Virus record (IMG/VR): IMGVR_UViG_3300020042_007026
Location: 1 to 59,996 of that record
Direction: 5' to 3' (one strand)
From: a virus
Taxonomy: Duplodnaviria; Caudoviricetes
DNA length: 59,996 bases
A program made the translations under genes and the position numbers. Below are positions 23,751 to 33,513 of this stretch, in pieces. Below the pieces are notes generated by a model that was not told the origin of the DNA, ran no database searches, and was given only the letters and a program-made list of their open reading frames with translations. Within the stretch, counting starts at the first letter, position 1. The number at the start of each line of letters is the position of its first letter.

Positions 23751-25320
23751 AGAAGATAAATTTGAGGAAATAAATCCTGATTTTTATAAAGAAGACAGAG
23801 AACCTGTTGTAGATGACTTTGAAGAGCCAGAAGATGAGCTTTCTAGAGAATTTGTTGAACGACTAGTAGACAAAATAATGGAGTTCATGGTCGTACTTGT
23901 AGGTCATGATTTGCATCACTATCAAAAGCCACTGGCTAGACGTATTATTGAGTCTGTTATCATTGGTGATGGTGAAGAAGTCACTGCCCTTGCTGCTAGA
24001 CAGTCAGGTAAATCAGAAACAATTGCTAACACAGTTTCTACTCTTATGCTATTAATGCCTAGGCTTGCTAAAATTTACCCAGATTTACTTGGTAAGTTTA
24101 AGGATGGTATTTGGGTAGGATTGTTTGCTCCTACTGAATCACAGGCAGAAACATTGTTTAGCAGAACTGTAACTCGTCTAAGCTCTGAGCGTGCTCAGGA
24201 GATCCTTAGTGATCCTGAAATTGACGACATAGCCGCAAAAGCTGGTGGAGTTACTAAGATGATTAGGCTAAAGAAGTCTGGATCAACTCTTACAATGATG
24301 ACCGCAAACCCTAGAGCTAAGATTGAGTCTAAGTCTTTCCATCTTGTTGTTATTGATGAGTGCCAAGAAGCAGACGACTTTATTGTTACTAAGTCTATCT
24401 CTCCTATGATGGCGTATTACGCTGGTACTATGGTAAAAACAGGAACTCCTACCACTCATAAAAATAACTTTTATAAGTCTATTCAATTAAACAGAAGAAG
24501 ACAAACCGGTAAAAGTTCTAGGCAAAACCATTTTCAATGGGACTACAGGGATGTTGCAAAGATCAACCCTGATTATAATAAGTTTATAAAGAAAGAAATG
24601 ATACGTATTGGAGAGGAGTCCGATGAGTTTCAGATGTCGTACAACTGCAAGTGGCTACTTGAACGAGGAATGTTTGTCTCTTCTACCCTCTTGGATGAGC
24701 TTGGTGATACTAGCCAAAAAATCGTCAAAACCTGGCACCAAACACCCGTCGTTGTTGGAATCGACCCTGCAAGAAAAATGGACTCAACCGTTGTCACTGT
24801 TGTCTGGGTGGACTGGGACAGACCTGATGAGTTTGGGTATTATGAGCATAGAGTCCTTAACTGGTTGGAACTACAAGGTGACGACTGGGAAGAACAATAC
24901 TTCCAAATAGTAAACTTTTTAAGCAACTACGATGTATTAGCAATTGGTATTGATGCTAATGGTGTTGGTGACGCGGTAGCACAGCGTCTAAAAATTCTTA
25001 TGCCTAGAGCTGAGGTTGTAGCTCTCACATCTAGCCAGTCGGAACAATCAAAACGATTTAAGCACTTACAGGAACTCTTACAAAGAAGATCTCTAGCGTA
25101 CCCATCTCATGCAGAGTCTAGGCGTCTTCGTATATGGAAGCGTTTCTATCAGCAAATGACTGATGTTGAAATCAAGTATAAAGGTCCTAATTTTACTGTA
25201 GCAGCACCTGATGAGACCTACGCACATGATGACTTTGTAGATAGTTTAGCAATGGCGTGCTCTCTTACTAGGGAACTAGTAATGCCGGAGATCAATGTGT
25301 CTTCAAGCCCGTTTTTTTAA
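23740..25320 (+). CDS. terL: terminase large subunit
   Basis: ARQSGKS Walker A, VVIDECQ Walker B, TGTP, VGIDPA and HDDFVDS nuclease motifs. Confidence 0.95.
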   Translation: MSFEEDKFEEINPDFYKEDREPVVDDFEEPEDELSREFVERLVDKIMEFMVVLVGHDLHHYQKPLARRIIESVIIGDGEEVTALAARQSGKSETIANTVSTLMLLMPRLAKIYPDLLGKFKDGIWVGLFAPTESQAETLFSRTVTRLSSERAQEILSDPEIDDIAAKAGGVTKMIRLKKSGSTLTMMTANPRAKIESKSFHLVVIDECQEADDFIVTKSISPMMAYYAGTMVKTGTPTTHKNNFYKSIQLNRRRQTGKSSRQNHFQWDYRDVAKINPDYNKFIKKEMIRIGEESDEFQMSYNCKWLLERGMFVSSTLLDELGDTSQKIVKTWHQTPVVVGIDPARKMDSTVVTVVWVDWDRPDEFGYYEHRVLNWLELQGDDWEEQYFQIVNFLSNYDVLAIGIDANGVGDAVAQRLKILMPRAEVVALTSSQSEQSKRFKHLQELLQRRSLAYPSHAESRRLRIWKRFYQQMTDVEIKYKGPNFTVAAPDETYAHDDFVDSLAMACSLTRELVMPEINVSSSPFF

Positions 25321-25411
25321 AAATAATGATTTAAGCCTTTATTTATACTCGTTTTGAGTCAAACTAATTACTGGAATACTGCAGTTCCAATTCTAACTAT
25401 AAGGAGTCCCC

Positions 25412-25807
25412 ATGGGCATTTCCCCAAACCCTATGTTTCCAGAGCGTGCGCCACAAGCGTACGAACTAAAAGGCGCAGGCAACATCGAGCGTAGAGGTCC
25501 ACTTCGTTTTGAAGAAGGTATCGCTACTGACACCGACGTTCCTAACGACTTCCAGAAGGGCATCATGAGCGGCTTTGCAGCAGCTCCTGGACGCCCAAAC
25601 CGCAATGCACCAGTATGGCAGAAGACAGCTGCTGAGACCCTATCAGAGCGCGCACACGTGGGCTCTGCTGCATGGATCGAAGCACCTACTTTCCTAGGTG
25701 AATTTGCACACGGTTCATTCACTAACTACGCAGAACAAACTGTAGAAGTTAAGGCTGTATCTGGTGGTAGAACAGCTCGTTTGAACCCAACAGTAGTTCA
25801 AGACTAA
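25412..25807 (+). CDS. conserved head-region hypothetical protein
   Basis: AAGGAG SD; codon usage like the capsid gene; RRGPLRFEEGIATDTDVP. Confidence 0.75.
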   Translation: MGISPNPMFPERAPQAYELKGAGNIERRGPLRFEEGIATDTDVPNDFQKGIMSGFAAAPGRPNRNAPVWQKTAAETLSERAHVGSAAWIEAPTFLGEFAHGSFTNYAEQTVEVKAVSGGRTARLNPTVVQD

Positions 25808-25828
25808 TAACAAGCTAAGTTAACCTCT

Positions 25829-25866
25829 TCTTGCCCCCGTCCCCTATAAGGGGGCGTAGGGGCGAG
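25829..25866 (+). other. GC-rich stem-loop between genes
   Basis: CTTGCCCC-CGTCCCC-TATAA-GGGGGCG-TA-GGGGCGAG; no U tract. Confidence 0.55.
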
Positions 25867-25895
25867 ATAAGGTGCTAGTTTGAGGAGACGGCATA

Positions 25896-26177
25896 ATGGC
25901 ATCAGTACCCGCCAACGAAAAGCTTTGGGCTTTGATTGTAACTCAAGCCAAAGCTAAGTACACTAACTATCCTAACCCAGGTGCTAGTCACTGGGTTCAC
26001 CAGCAATACCTGAAACATGGTGGTCGCTTCATTGAGACTAGCGAAGAGACTCGTCGCAAGAAAATTGCTGAAAAAATGCTTCAAGATAAGCTGCGTAAGA
26101 AAGTAGCTCATAAAGGTCTTGACAAAGATAAGAACTCTAAAAAGCCTATACCAAAGAAGAAGTCTAAGGATAAATAA
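25896..26177 (+). CDS. basic phage protein (DUF5872-like)
   Basis: PANEKLW...AKAKY..YP...ASHWV...Y.KHGGRF plus Lys-rich tail. Confidence 0.6.
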   Translation: MASVPANEKLWALIVTQAKAKYTNYPNPGASHWVHQQYLKHGGRFIETSEETRRKKIAEKMLQDKLRKKVAHKGLDKDKNSKKPIPKKKSKDK

Positions 26178-26181
26178 ATAA

Positions 26182-27915
26182 ATGTCTTTTGCAGACTTTT
26201 CACCCCCAAGCTATAGAGCGGCTTCCTCTGACCTAACAATCTCTATTTCCCCATTAGGTCTAGTTGAGCTTGCTGACGAAGAGTTTGAGGTTCATGGTCC
26301 TCGTCTAAACCGTTATAGCCTTAACTGGGCTATGTATCTAGGTCACCACTGGGGCTATCGCCGTGAACAAGGCGAAATGCAAATTGCGATTAATTACTAT
26401 CGTGCATTTATTGACTACATTAATAGATTTACTTTTGGAAAAGGCGTCCACTTTAAATCTCCCAAAGCAACTGAGGCTATTGTTCCTAAACTCCTAGAAC
26501 GTGTTTGGGAAGTAGACAACAACAAAATGCAGATCCTTTTTGAGATGGCTCAAACTGGGGCTTGTACAGGAGATACCTTTGTAAAGGTTGCATATGAAGA
26601 GGCTTGGGAAGATAGCGTTGGAAGAATGCACCCTGGTCGTGTGCGTGTACTTCCCCTAAACCCAGCTTTTTGTTTTCCTGAGTTTCACCCTCACGATAGA
26701 ACTCGTCTACTTAGATTTAAGCAAAAGTATCGTTTTTGGGGAACATCCCTAGAAGGTACTCGTCAGGTATTTACTTACACTGAAATTCTTACCGATGACA
26801 TTATCGAAGAGTACATTAACGACGAGCTTATTGACAGCCGTCCAAATCCTCTCGGTCAAATTCCAGTAGTACACATCCCTAATGTTCCTGTTTCAGGATC
26901 TCCATGGGGTCTTGCTGATGCACACGATATCATTACTATCAATAGATCATTCAACGAAATCTCTACAGATATTGCAGACATTATTAACTACCACGCAGCC
27001 CCTGTAACAGTTATTGTTGGTGCTAAGGCGTCTAACCTTGAAAAGGGTGCTAAAAAGGTTTGGGGTGGTCTGCCTAAAGATTCTCAGGTGTTTAACCTTG
27101 AAGGTGGAGGAGCCGGTCTTGCTGGTGCGATGGAGTACCTATCTTCTCTAAAAACTGCTATGCACGAAATGATGAACGTTCCAGAAACTGCTTTGGGTCA
27201 AGTTCAGCCAATTTCTAACACTTCCGGTGTAGCTCTTTCTATTCAGTATCAGCCATTGATGAACCGCTGGTCTCAAAAAACTGCCCAGTACGGCAAGGGT
27301 CTAGAACGCATTAATGAAATCATTATGTTGAACCTTGTAGTTAAAGAGCCAGAAACTCTTATTTATAACCCAGAAATAGATGGTAACCTAAAGCCAGGTC
27401 AGTTAACTCAGCTAGACCCTAATGACCCTATTACATATTTGTCTTTCGCTCATTTTCCTGAGCCATTGCCTTTGGATAAACTAATCTTGATGAGCGAACT
27501 TCAGCAAAAGATGTCTCTTGGTCTAGAGTCTAAAGAAGGTGCCCTACGTTCTTTGGGAGAAGAATTCCCAGAAGAGAAGCTTGAAGAAATTCGTAGAGAA
27601 ATGATTGAAGATGCTAAGGCTGATGGAGCTTTGAGCCTCATTAAGGTGCAGCTACAAAAAGAGATTATGGACATGACAGGTATGATGCCTGGACCTGAAG
27701 GCGGTACAGCTACTCCTATTGACCCAATGATGATGGGCGATGGAGACGTTCTTGGTGACGGAATACAAGGCAATCCAGAAGAAGATGCTGAAGATCCGGA
27801 ACTAAACTCTAATATGGAAGAGGCACAAGGTGAAGCGACTATGCGTGAAGCCTTAGTCCAACAAGCTTATGGGGCTAATATCCCAACAAGAGATCCTATA
27901 GATAACAATAAATAA
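26182..27915 (+). CDS. portal protein
   Basis: Position after terL; NPLGQIPVVHIPN, SGVALSIQYQPL; SPP1 gp6-like features. Confidence 0.9.
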   Translation: MSFADFSPPSYRAASSDLTISISPLGLVELADEEFEVHGPRLNRYSLNWAMYLGHHWGYRREQGEMQIAINYYRAFIDYINRFTFGKGVHFKSPKATEAIVPKLLERVWEVDNNKMQILFEMAQTGACTGDTFVKVAYEEAWEDSVGRMHPGRVRVLPLNPAFCFPEFHPHDRTRLLRFKQKYRFWGTSLEGTRQVFTYTEILTDDIIEEYINDELIDSRPNPLGQIPVVHIPNVPVSGSPWGLADAHDIITINRSFNEISTDIADIINYHAAPVTVIVGAKASNLEKGAKKVWGGLPKDSQVFNLEGGGAGLAGAMEYLSSLKTAMHEMMNVPETALGQVQPISNTSGVALSIQYQPLMNRWSQKTAQYGKGLERINEIIMLNLVVKEPETLIYNPEIDGNLKPGQLTQLDPNDPITYLSFAHFPEPLPLDKLILMSELQQKMSLGLESKEGALRSLGEEFPEEKLEEIRREMIEDAKADGALSLIKVQLQKEIMDMTGMMPGPEGGTATPIDPMMMGDGDVLGDGIQGNPEEDAEDPELNSNMEEAQGEATMREALVQQAYGANIPTRDPIDNNK

Positions 27916-28030
27916 TTTTAGTTTGACAAGAAACTAGTTGGTTGTTTGCTTATTCTTATAGTATACCCACTGACAAGGTCACGTGCTCACACATCGGAAA
28001 ACGACCCACGAGAATGAAAAGAGAATAATT

Positions 28031-28792
28031 ATGGATGAAAACCTAGAGGTAGAAAATACTACCGAACAAGCTATACCTGAAGCTGTTGCTGAGGAGAGTT
28101 ACTTGCCAAACACTGATAAGGTTGCTGAAGCAATTCAGAAAGCCCGTGCTCAGGAAAAGGCAAAGCTATACCCTCAAGTAGAAAAGCTACAGGAAGAGCT
28201 AACACTCCTTCGCAAGGAGCGTGAAGAACGCCAAGCCGTAGAGGCTGAGCGTGCAGCAAAGCGTCAAGCTCGTGAATCCGAGCGTTTAGCTGAACGTAAA
28301 AAGCAGGAAGAATCAGAACTCGAAGTTCGCGATCTACTTGCTAAAAAAGAGCAGGAATGGGCAACCAAACTTGAGGCTGAACGTGTAGAGCGCGAAAAGG
28401 CATTTGCTCTTCTAGAGCGTGAGCGTGAATTCCAGGATCTGCAGCAGTATCGTTTGCAGCGTCTAGAATCAGAGCGCGACTCCATTATCCCAGAACTAGT
28501 TGATCTAATTTCTGGAAATTCCCGTGATGAAATTGAGCAGAGTATCGCGGGTCTTAAAGAACGTTCTGCAAAAATCTTCGATTCTGTTGCGCAAGTCGCA
28601 CAGCAGAGCCGCAAGGAGATGACTGGTACGCGCATTACAGTACCAGCCAACGGACCCCTCGACAATGATTCGGACTCAGCTACGTTAACCCCAGACAGTA
28701 TTTCAAATATGTCAATGGCAGAATATGCAAAGAATCGCTCAAAGCTTTTGGGCGGTAATAATAACCGTGGACAGGGATTGTTCGGTAATTAA
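28031..28792 (+). CDS. capsid scaffolding protein
   Basis: Glu/Arg coiled coil, MSMAEYAKNRSKLLG tail, just before the capsid gene. Confidence 0.85.
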   Translation: MDENLEVENTTEQAIPEAVAEESYLPNTDKVAEAIQKARAQEKAKLYPQVEKLQEELTLLRKEREERQAVEAERAAKRQARESERLAERKKQEESELEVRDLLAKKEQEWATKLEAERVEREKAFALLEREREFQDLQQYRLQRLESERDSIIPELVDLISGNSRDEIEQSIAGLKERSAKIFDSVAQVAQQSRKEMTGTRITVPANGPLDNDSDSATLTPDSISNMSMAEYAKNRSKLLGGNNNRGQGLFGN

Positions 28793-28828
28793 CCACCCAA
28801 CTCATAACCGCTTCTGAAAGGAGCAAAA

Positions 28829-29947
28829 ATGGCAGGATCTGCTATTACAGGTTCGTCCCAGCTCGCTGGTGCACCTACCGCTTACTCAGGCTCTAACTCC
28901 CAGTTGAGCCAATCTATCCAAACTATCTGGTCGAAGGAAATTCTTTTCCAGGCTATGCCAATTCTACGCTTTGAGCAGTTCGCTGTTAAGAAGACAGAAC
29001 TAGGTGTTGCTCCTGGTCTACGTGTTAACTTCCTACGTTACAAGAACTTCTCAGTGGACCCAACTCCACTATCTGAAGGTGTACGTATGTCAACCAACGC
29101 TCTAACCGCAGAGCAGATTGCTATCACCGTTGCCGAGCACGGATACGCAGTTGCAGTTTCAGAACTGTTGCTAAACGCATCTTTCGACGACATCATGGCT
29201 TCTGCTTCACGTCTACTTGGTCGCCACATGGCACAGTACCTTGACGTACAGGCTCGTAACACACTGTCAGCAGCTACTTCATCTGTTTACGGTTACGACC
29301 GCTCTGGTTTCTCAGCTTCAACTACCTTCAACACATACGCAGAAGGTACCGTTGGTACTTCTCTTGCATCATTGACTGGTCAGTTCAAGCTAACCACCGG
29401 TGCTATCAAGGATGCTGCACTTACTCTTGCGAGCAAGAACATCCCAAGGCTCGGAGAGACCTACGTCCAGTTCATTCACCCTAAGCAGTCTCGTGACCTT
29501 CGCTCAAACCCAGAGTTTATCGAAGTAACCAAGTACGCTGCTCCAGGTAACTTCATGCTAGGTGAAATCGGTCGTCTATACGACGTCGTATTCATCGAGA
29601 CCACTCAGGTTAACAAGCTAACCAACGGTGTTGCTGTAAACTACGGTTCTCTTGTTGGTGCACCTGCAAGCCAGGTTGAGGTTCCTGTAAAGGCTAACAC
29701 TAACCCTGGTTCAGGTGGTAACCCAATCGATGCTAGCCCAACCGCTACTTCAGGTACCCCTGGTGCAGACGTTTACGAATCAGTAATGATTGGTGACAAC
29801 GCATTCGGTCACGCTATCTCACTTCCAGTTGAGCTTCGTGATGGTGGTGTTCTAGACTTTGGTCGTGAGCACGCACTAGCATGGTACGCTATCTGGGGTC
29901 TAGGTGTTATTACTGACCAGGCTATCGTTAAGGTTTACACTAACTAA
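28829..29947 (+). CDS. major capsid protein (N4-gp56-like HK97 fold)
   Basis: PLSEGV..., IHPKQSRDLR, GEIGRLYDVVFIET, DFGREHALAWY; AAAGGAG SD. Confidence 0.95.
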   Translation: MAGSAITGSSQLAGAPTAYSGSNSQLSQSIQTIWSKEILFQAMPILRFEQFAVKKTELGVAPGLRVNFLRYKNFSVDPTPLSEGVRMSTNALTAEQIAITVAEHGYAVAVSELLLNASFDDIMASASRLLGRHMAQYLDVQARNTLSAATSSVYGYDRSGFSASTTFNTYAEGTVGTSLASLTGQFKLTTGAIKDAALTLASKNIPRLGETYVQFIHPKQSRDLRSNPEFIEVTKYAAPGNFMLGEIGRLYDVVFIETTQVNKLTNGVAVNYGSLVGAPASQVEVPVKANTNPGSGGNPIDASPTATSGTPGADVYESVMIGDNAFGHAISLPVELRDGGVLDFGREHALAWYAIWGLGVITDQAIVKVYTN

Positions 29948-29966
29948 TAGCCAAACCCTCTCGTGT

Positions 29967-29990
29967 TGGGGGGCTCGCAAGAGCCCCCCA
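29967..29990 (+). terminator. 10-bp GCAA-tetraloop hairpin after the capsid gene (terminator or mRNA stabiliser)
   Basis: TGGGGGGCTC-GCAA-GAGCCCCCCA; weak U tract. Confidence 0.65.
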
Positions 29991-30031
29991 TTCACAAAAA
30001 AACCACATAAACAAACAAGGAGAAAAATATC

Positions 30032-30403
30032 GTGGCAAACAATCCAACAAGTCCTTTGGACGCAACCGGTCGTGCTGCAGAACAAGCCGCTAAAAAGAAT
30101 GCTGCAGAAATTAGAAAGCGCCAAGATGAGATGGCTATCTCTCGTGCCGCTGAGGAAGAGCTACTAGAAACCGCTGTCTTTGATCCAAAGAAGCCTGACA
30201 CCCCAATTATGATCGATGAGATCGAAGAAGTTGGTGTAGCGGTTAACAATGAAAAAGTAGTGATTCGTGTGCTACATGACATTGAAGAGATGACTTATGG
30301 AGTAGGCAACACTTACACCTTTAAAGCAAATGTTAAGTACTCCGTACCAAAGGATCTAGCTGACTATCTAGAAAACCTTGGTTACATTTGGCGGGCTAAC
30401 TAG
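30032..30403 (+). CDS. conserved hypothetical protein after capsid
   Basis: AAGGAG SD, GTG start. Confidence 0.75.
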   Translation: MANNPTSPLDATGRAAEQAAKKNAAEIRKRQDEMAISRAAEEELLETAVFDPKKPDTPIMIDEIEEVGVAVNNEKVVIRVLHDIEEMTYGVGNTYTFKANVKYSVPKDLADYLENLGYIWRAN

Positions 30404-30419
30404 CACCGTCTAATAAACT

Positions 30420-30465
30420 GCCCGCTCTGTTAGTACCGCCTTCCTCCTAGCAGAGCGGGCTTTTT
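30420..30465 (+). terminator. intrinsic terminator
   Basis: 14-bp stem GCCCGCTCTGTTAG/CTAGCAGAGCGGGC plus TTTTT. Confidence 0.85.
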
Positions 30466-30529
30466 CATGTTTGGACAGATTTTCTAAGTAAAATACGAGA
30501 ACATAGATACATACCTTTATGGAGGACCC

Positions 30530-31828
30530 TTGGCAGTTTTAGCTAATCTTGCAAATCAACTTCGCTTTGAACTTGGCGATCTTGGTAAGTCTTTCGTAAC
30601 TAACTTTGTTGCTGATGGTACAACCAATAGATTTAGACTTCACTATTCCCCACTAGATGGTAATGGTGTAACTGTCTTTAAAAATGGCGTTAATATCTCT
30701 ACTGCTTCCTCAGTTGAAGAACAGACTGGTGTATTGGTTCTAGACACAGTTCCTGCTGATGGTGATGAGATTCTTGTTAGTGGTACCTATTACAGGTATT
30801 TTACTGCAACAGAAATAATTAAAATTGTAGAAGAAGCTCTAGTAACCCATACTAATGGGCACACTGATGTTGTCGGACGACAAATCACTGTAGAAAACCT
30901 GCCTACTGTTGAAGAATACCCTGTAGTTATACATGCGGTTACTTTGGCGCTGTATACCCTAGCAACAGATGCATCTTTTGATATTGACATTCAAGCACCA
31001 GATGGTGTAAACATTCCTCGTTCTGAACGATACCGTCAGTTAATGGATATGGTTCGTTCAAGGCAGGAACAATACCGTGAGCTGTGTACTCTTCTTGGTG
31101 TTGGTCTATACAAGATCGATGTATTTAACCTTAATAGGATTTCTAAGGCTACAGGAAGACTTGTTCCTATGTATCTACCTCAAGAGGTCGACGATCGTTC
31201 ATACCCAGAAAGAACACACGTTGCTACACCTACTCTAGGTGCTATAGCTCAACCTTGGGAAACTGAAGCTGGAGAGATCACTGCTTACCAGGGTCGTTCA
31301 TTTATTACGTCACTTGATGTTACAGCTAACCTTGCTGGAAAGTCATTTACTGTAAAACTTCTTAACCAACGTAACTCGCCACTTGCTGTACGAAACTTTA
31401 CTCTTTCTGTAGATGCTCCTGGTATTGACACTATTACTGCCGCAGCTAGAACTGCAGGAAGTACAACTATCACAATCACTACTAGTGCTGCCCATGGATT
31501 AAGCACAGGAAACTCAGTAGTTATTACAAATGTTGACAGTACTGTAAATGGTGTATACACAATCTTGAGTGCTAACCCAGCAAACACAACCTTTACAGTT
31601 ACTGGTACTGCCACTACTGTGTTGGCTTTAACTGCACTAACTGGTCAAGTTGAGACTAATGTTTCAAAGGAATATACCTTTACATTCTCCTTGACTAAAG
31701 AAGAAACACGAATGGTAGCAGAAAGAACTTACTGGTCACTTTCTGCTGTTGATGATTTTACAGGAGATATTACAGAAATTAAGGGCGGAAAGTTCTTTAC
31801 TGTTAGAGGAACTACAATCGTAATATGA
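30530..31828 (+). CDS. head-tail adaptor-like structural protein with inserted beta domain
   Basis: Position; DIDIQAPDGVNIPRSERYRQL; GGAGG SD. Confidence 0.65.
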   Translation: MAVLANLANQLRFELGDLGKSFVTNFVADGTTNRFRLHYSPLDGNGVTVFKNGVNISTASSVEEQTGVLVLDTVPADGDEILVSGTYYRYFTATEIIKIVEEALVTHTNGHTDVVGRQITVENLPTVEEYPVVIHAVTLALYTLATDASFDIDIQAPDGVNIPRSERYRQLMDMVRSRQEQYRELCTLLGVGLYKIDVFNLNRISKATGRLVPMYLPQEVDDRSYPERTHVATPTLGAIAQPWETEAGEITAYQGRSFITSLDVTANLAGKSFTVKLLNQRNSPLAVRNFTLSVDAPGIDTITAAARTAGSTTITITTSAAHGLSTGNSVVITNVDSTVNGVYTILSANPANTTFTVTGTATTVLALTALTGQVETNVSKEYTFTFSLTKEETRMVAERTYWSLSAVDDFTGDITEIKGGKFFTVRGTTIVI

Positions 31829-32286
31829 GTCCTATTAATCCTAATGCCCCAATTTTTCCAGAGCAAGATGTTGCCCTAATACCTAGCTATGATGAGCCAT
31901 ACGATCCTAATGATTACCCAGAAGCAGGAACTCCTCCACAAACTGTAGATCCGGATATTGATTGGCAAGAAGTAGACATTAGCTTATTGCCAGGAGTTCC
32001 TGCTCAACGTGGTGCTACTGGTCCTTCTGGTCCTACTGGTGCTGCCGGTGCAACTGGTCCTACGGGTCCTACTGGACCTACTGGACCGTCAGGACAGTCT
32101 TACTCATTTACCCCAGATGATTCGCAGTCTGTTTGGAACATAACACACAACCTTGGGTTTAAACCAAGTGTTCAAGTAGTAAACGCTATTGGAACTGAAT
32201 TTTTTGGGGATGTAGTTTACACTAATAATAACCAGTTAACCGTGACATTTAGTGCCCCTGTGTACGGCACTATCTATCTTTCTTAA
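31825..32286 (+). CDS. collagen-repeat fibre protein
   Basis: Gly-X-Y run; WNITHNLGFKPSVQV domain. Confidence 0.8.
   Translation: MSPINPNAPIFPEQDVALIPSYDEPYDPNDYPEAGTPPQTVDPDIDWQEVDISLLPGVPAQRGATGPSGPTGAAGATGPTGPTGPTGPSGQSYSFTPDDSQSVWNITHNLGFKPSVQVVNAIGTEFFGDVVYTNNNQLTVTFSAPVYGTIYLS
32011..32094 (+). repeat. collagen-like (Gly-X-Y)9 coding repeat
   Basis: GATGPSGPTGAAGATGPTGPTGPTGPSG. Confidence 0.9.
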
Positions 32287-32295
32287 GGACATACA

Positions 32296-33504
32296 ATGGC
32301 TAAATCATTTTTGACGTCGATTAACCTCAACAGTAACTCTCTACTAAACGGTAGAATTGATGCTCGTTGGGCAACTACTCCGTCAGGAACCACTAACCCA
32401 GATGGTACTGGCACAGCTGTTGCTGGTCAACTTTCATCTTACTCAGGTACTATGTACGTATTTAATGGTACTGCTTGGACTGCACTGTCCACTGCGGGCG
32501 GTACTGTAAGCAGCGTTAGCGGTACTTCAGGCAGCATCGATGTAGCCAACGGCTCTAGCACCCCAGTAATTTCCCTAGCCACTGCTTACGGTGACTCTGT
32601 AAACCCTTACGGCACAAAGACTATGAACTACGTTCTAGCAGCTCCTAACGGATCAAATGGTGCTCCAACTTTCCGTGCACTTGTTGCTGCTGATGTTCCT
32701 ACCCTTAACCAAAACACTACTGGCTCTGCTGCGACACTAACTACTTCAAGAAACATTAACGGAGTTGCGTTTAACGGTTCTGCTGATATTACAGTCACTG
32801 CTGCTGCGGGTACTCTTACAGGCAATACTCTAAACTCTGGGGTAACTGCTTCATCCCTTACTTCAGTAGGAACTCTTGCAAGCCTAGACGTTACTGGTGC
32901 TGTGGTTATTGGTGGAAACCTAACCGTTAACGGTACAACTACCACTATCAACTCAACCACAATTAGCGTAGATGACAAGAACATTGAACTTGGTTCAGTA
33001 GCTTCTCCTACAGATATCACTGCTGATGGTGCAGGTATTACCGTTAAGGGTGACACCGACAAGACCTGGAACTGGGTTAACGCAACTGACTCATGGACAT
33101 CTTCTGAAGACATTGACTTGGCATCTAGTAAGGCGTACCACATTGCAGATGCTCAGGTTCTTAGTGCTACTACTCTAGGTGCCGCAGTTGTTAACTCTAG
33201 CCTTACAAAGGTAGGTCTAACTACTGCTGGTTTTGTAAAGACTGACTCAAGCGGTAACCTAACCACTGACACTAACACCTACGCTAAGAAGGTCACCGCT
33301 GCTGGAGCCGCTTCTTCAGGTACTACAATCGTGGTTAACCACGCCCTTGGTACTTGGGTTACTGCACAGCTGTTTGAAACATCTACTGGTGCTCAGGTTG
33401 AAGTTGACGTAACTAACGCCTCAACTTCTGGTGGAACAACTACATTTACTTTTGCATCCTCAGTTTCAGATAGAAGTGCATACACATACGTCATTATTGG
33501 TTAG
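32296..33504 (+). CDS. tail/neck fibre protein
   Basis: Thr/Gly/Ser-rich; SRNINGVAFNGSADIT, GNLTVNGTTTTINSTTISVDDKNIELG fibre motifs. Confidence 0.8.
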   Translation: MAKSFLTSINLNSNSLLNGRIDARWATTPSGTTNPDGTGTAVAGQLSSYSGTMYVFNGTAWTALSTAGGTVSSVSGTSGSIDVANGSSTPVISLATAYGDSVNPYGTKTMNYVLAAPNGSNGAPTFRALVAADVPTLNQNTTGSAATLTTSRNINGVAFNGSADITVTAAAGTLTGNTLNSGVTASSLTSVGTLASLDVTGAVVIGGNLTVNGTTTTINSTTISVDDKNIELGSVASPTDITADGAGITVKGDTDKTWNWVNATDSWTSSEDIDLASSKAYHIADAQVLSATTLGAAVVNSSLTKVGLTTAGFVKTDSSGNLTTDTNTYAKKVTAAGAASSGTTIVVNHALGTWVTAQLFETSTGAQVEVDVTNASTSGGTTTFTFASSVSDRSAYTYVIIG

Positions 33505-33513
33505 GATTAACCT

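Noticed and set aside
27970-28010. GGTC...GACC stem in the scaffold leader as a regulatory RNA
   Set aside because: Only about 4 bp of convincing pairing; unsupported without comparative data.
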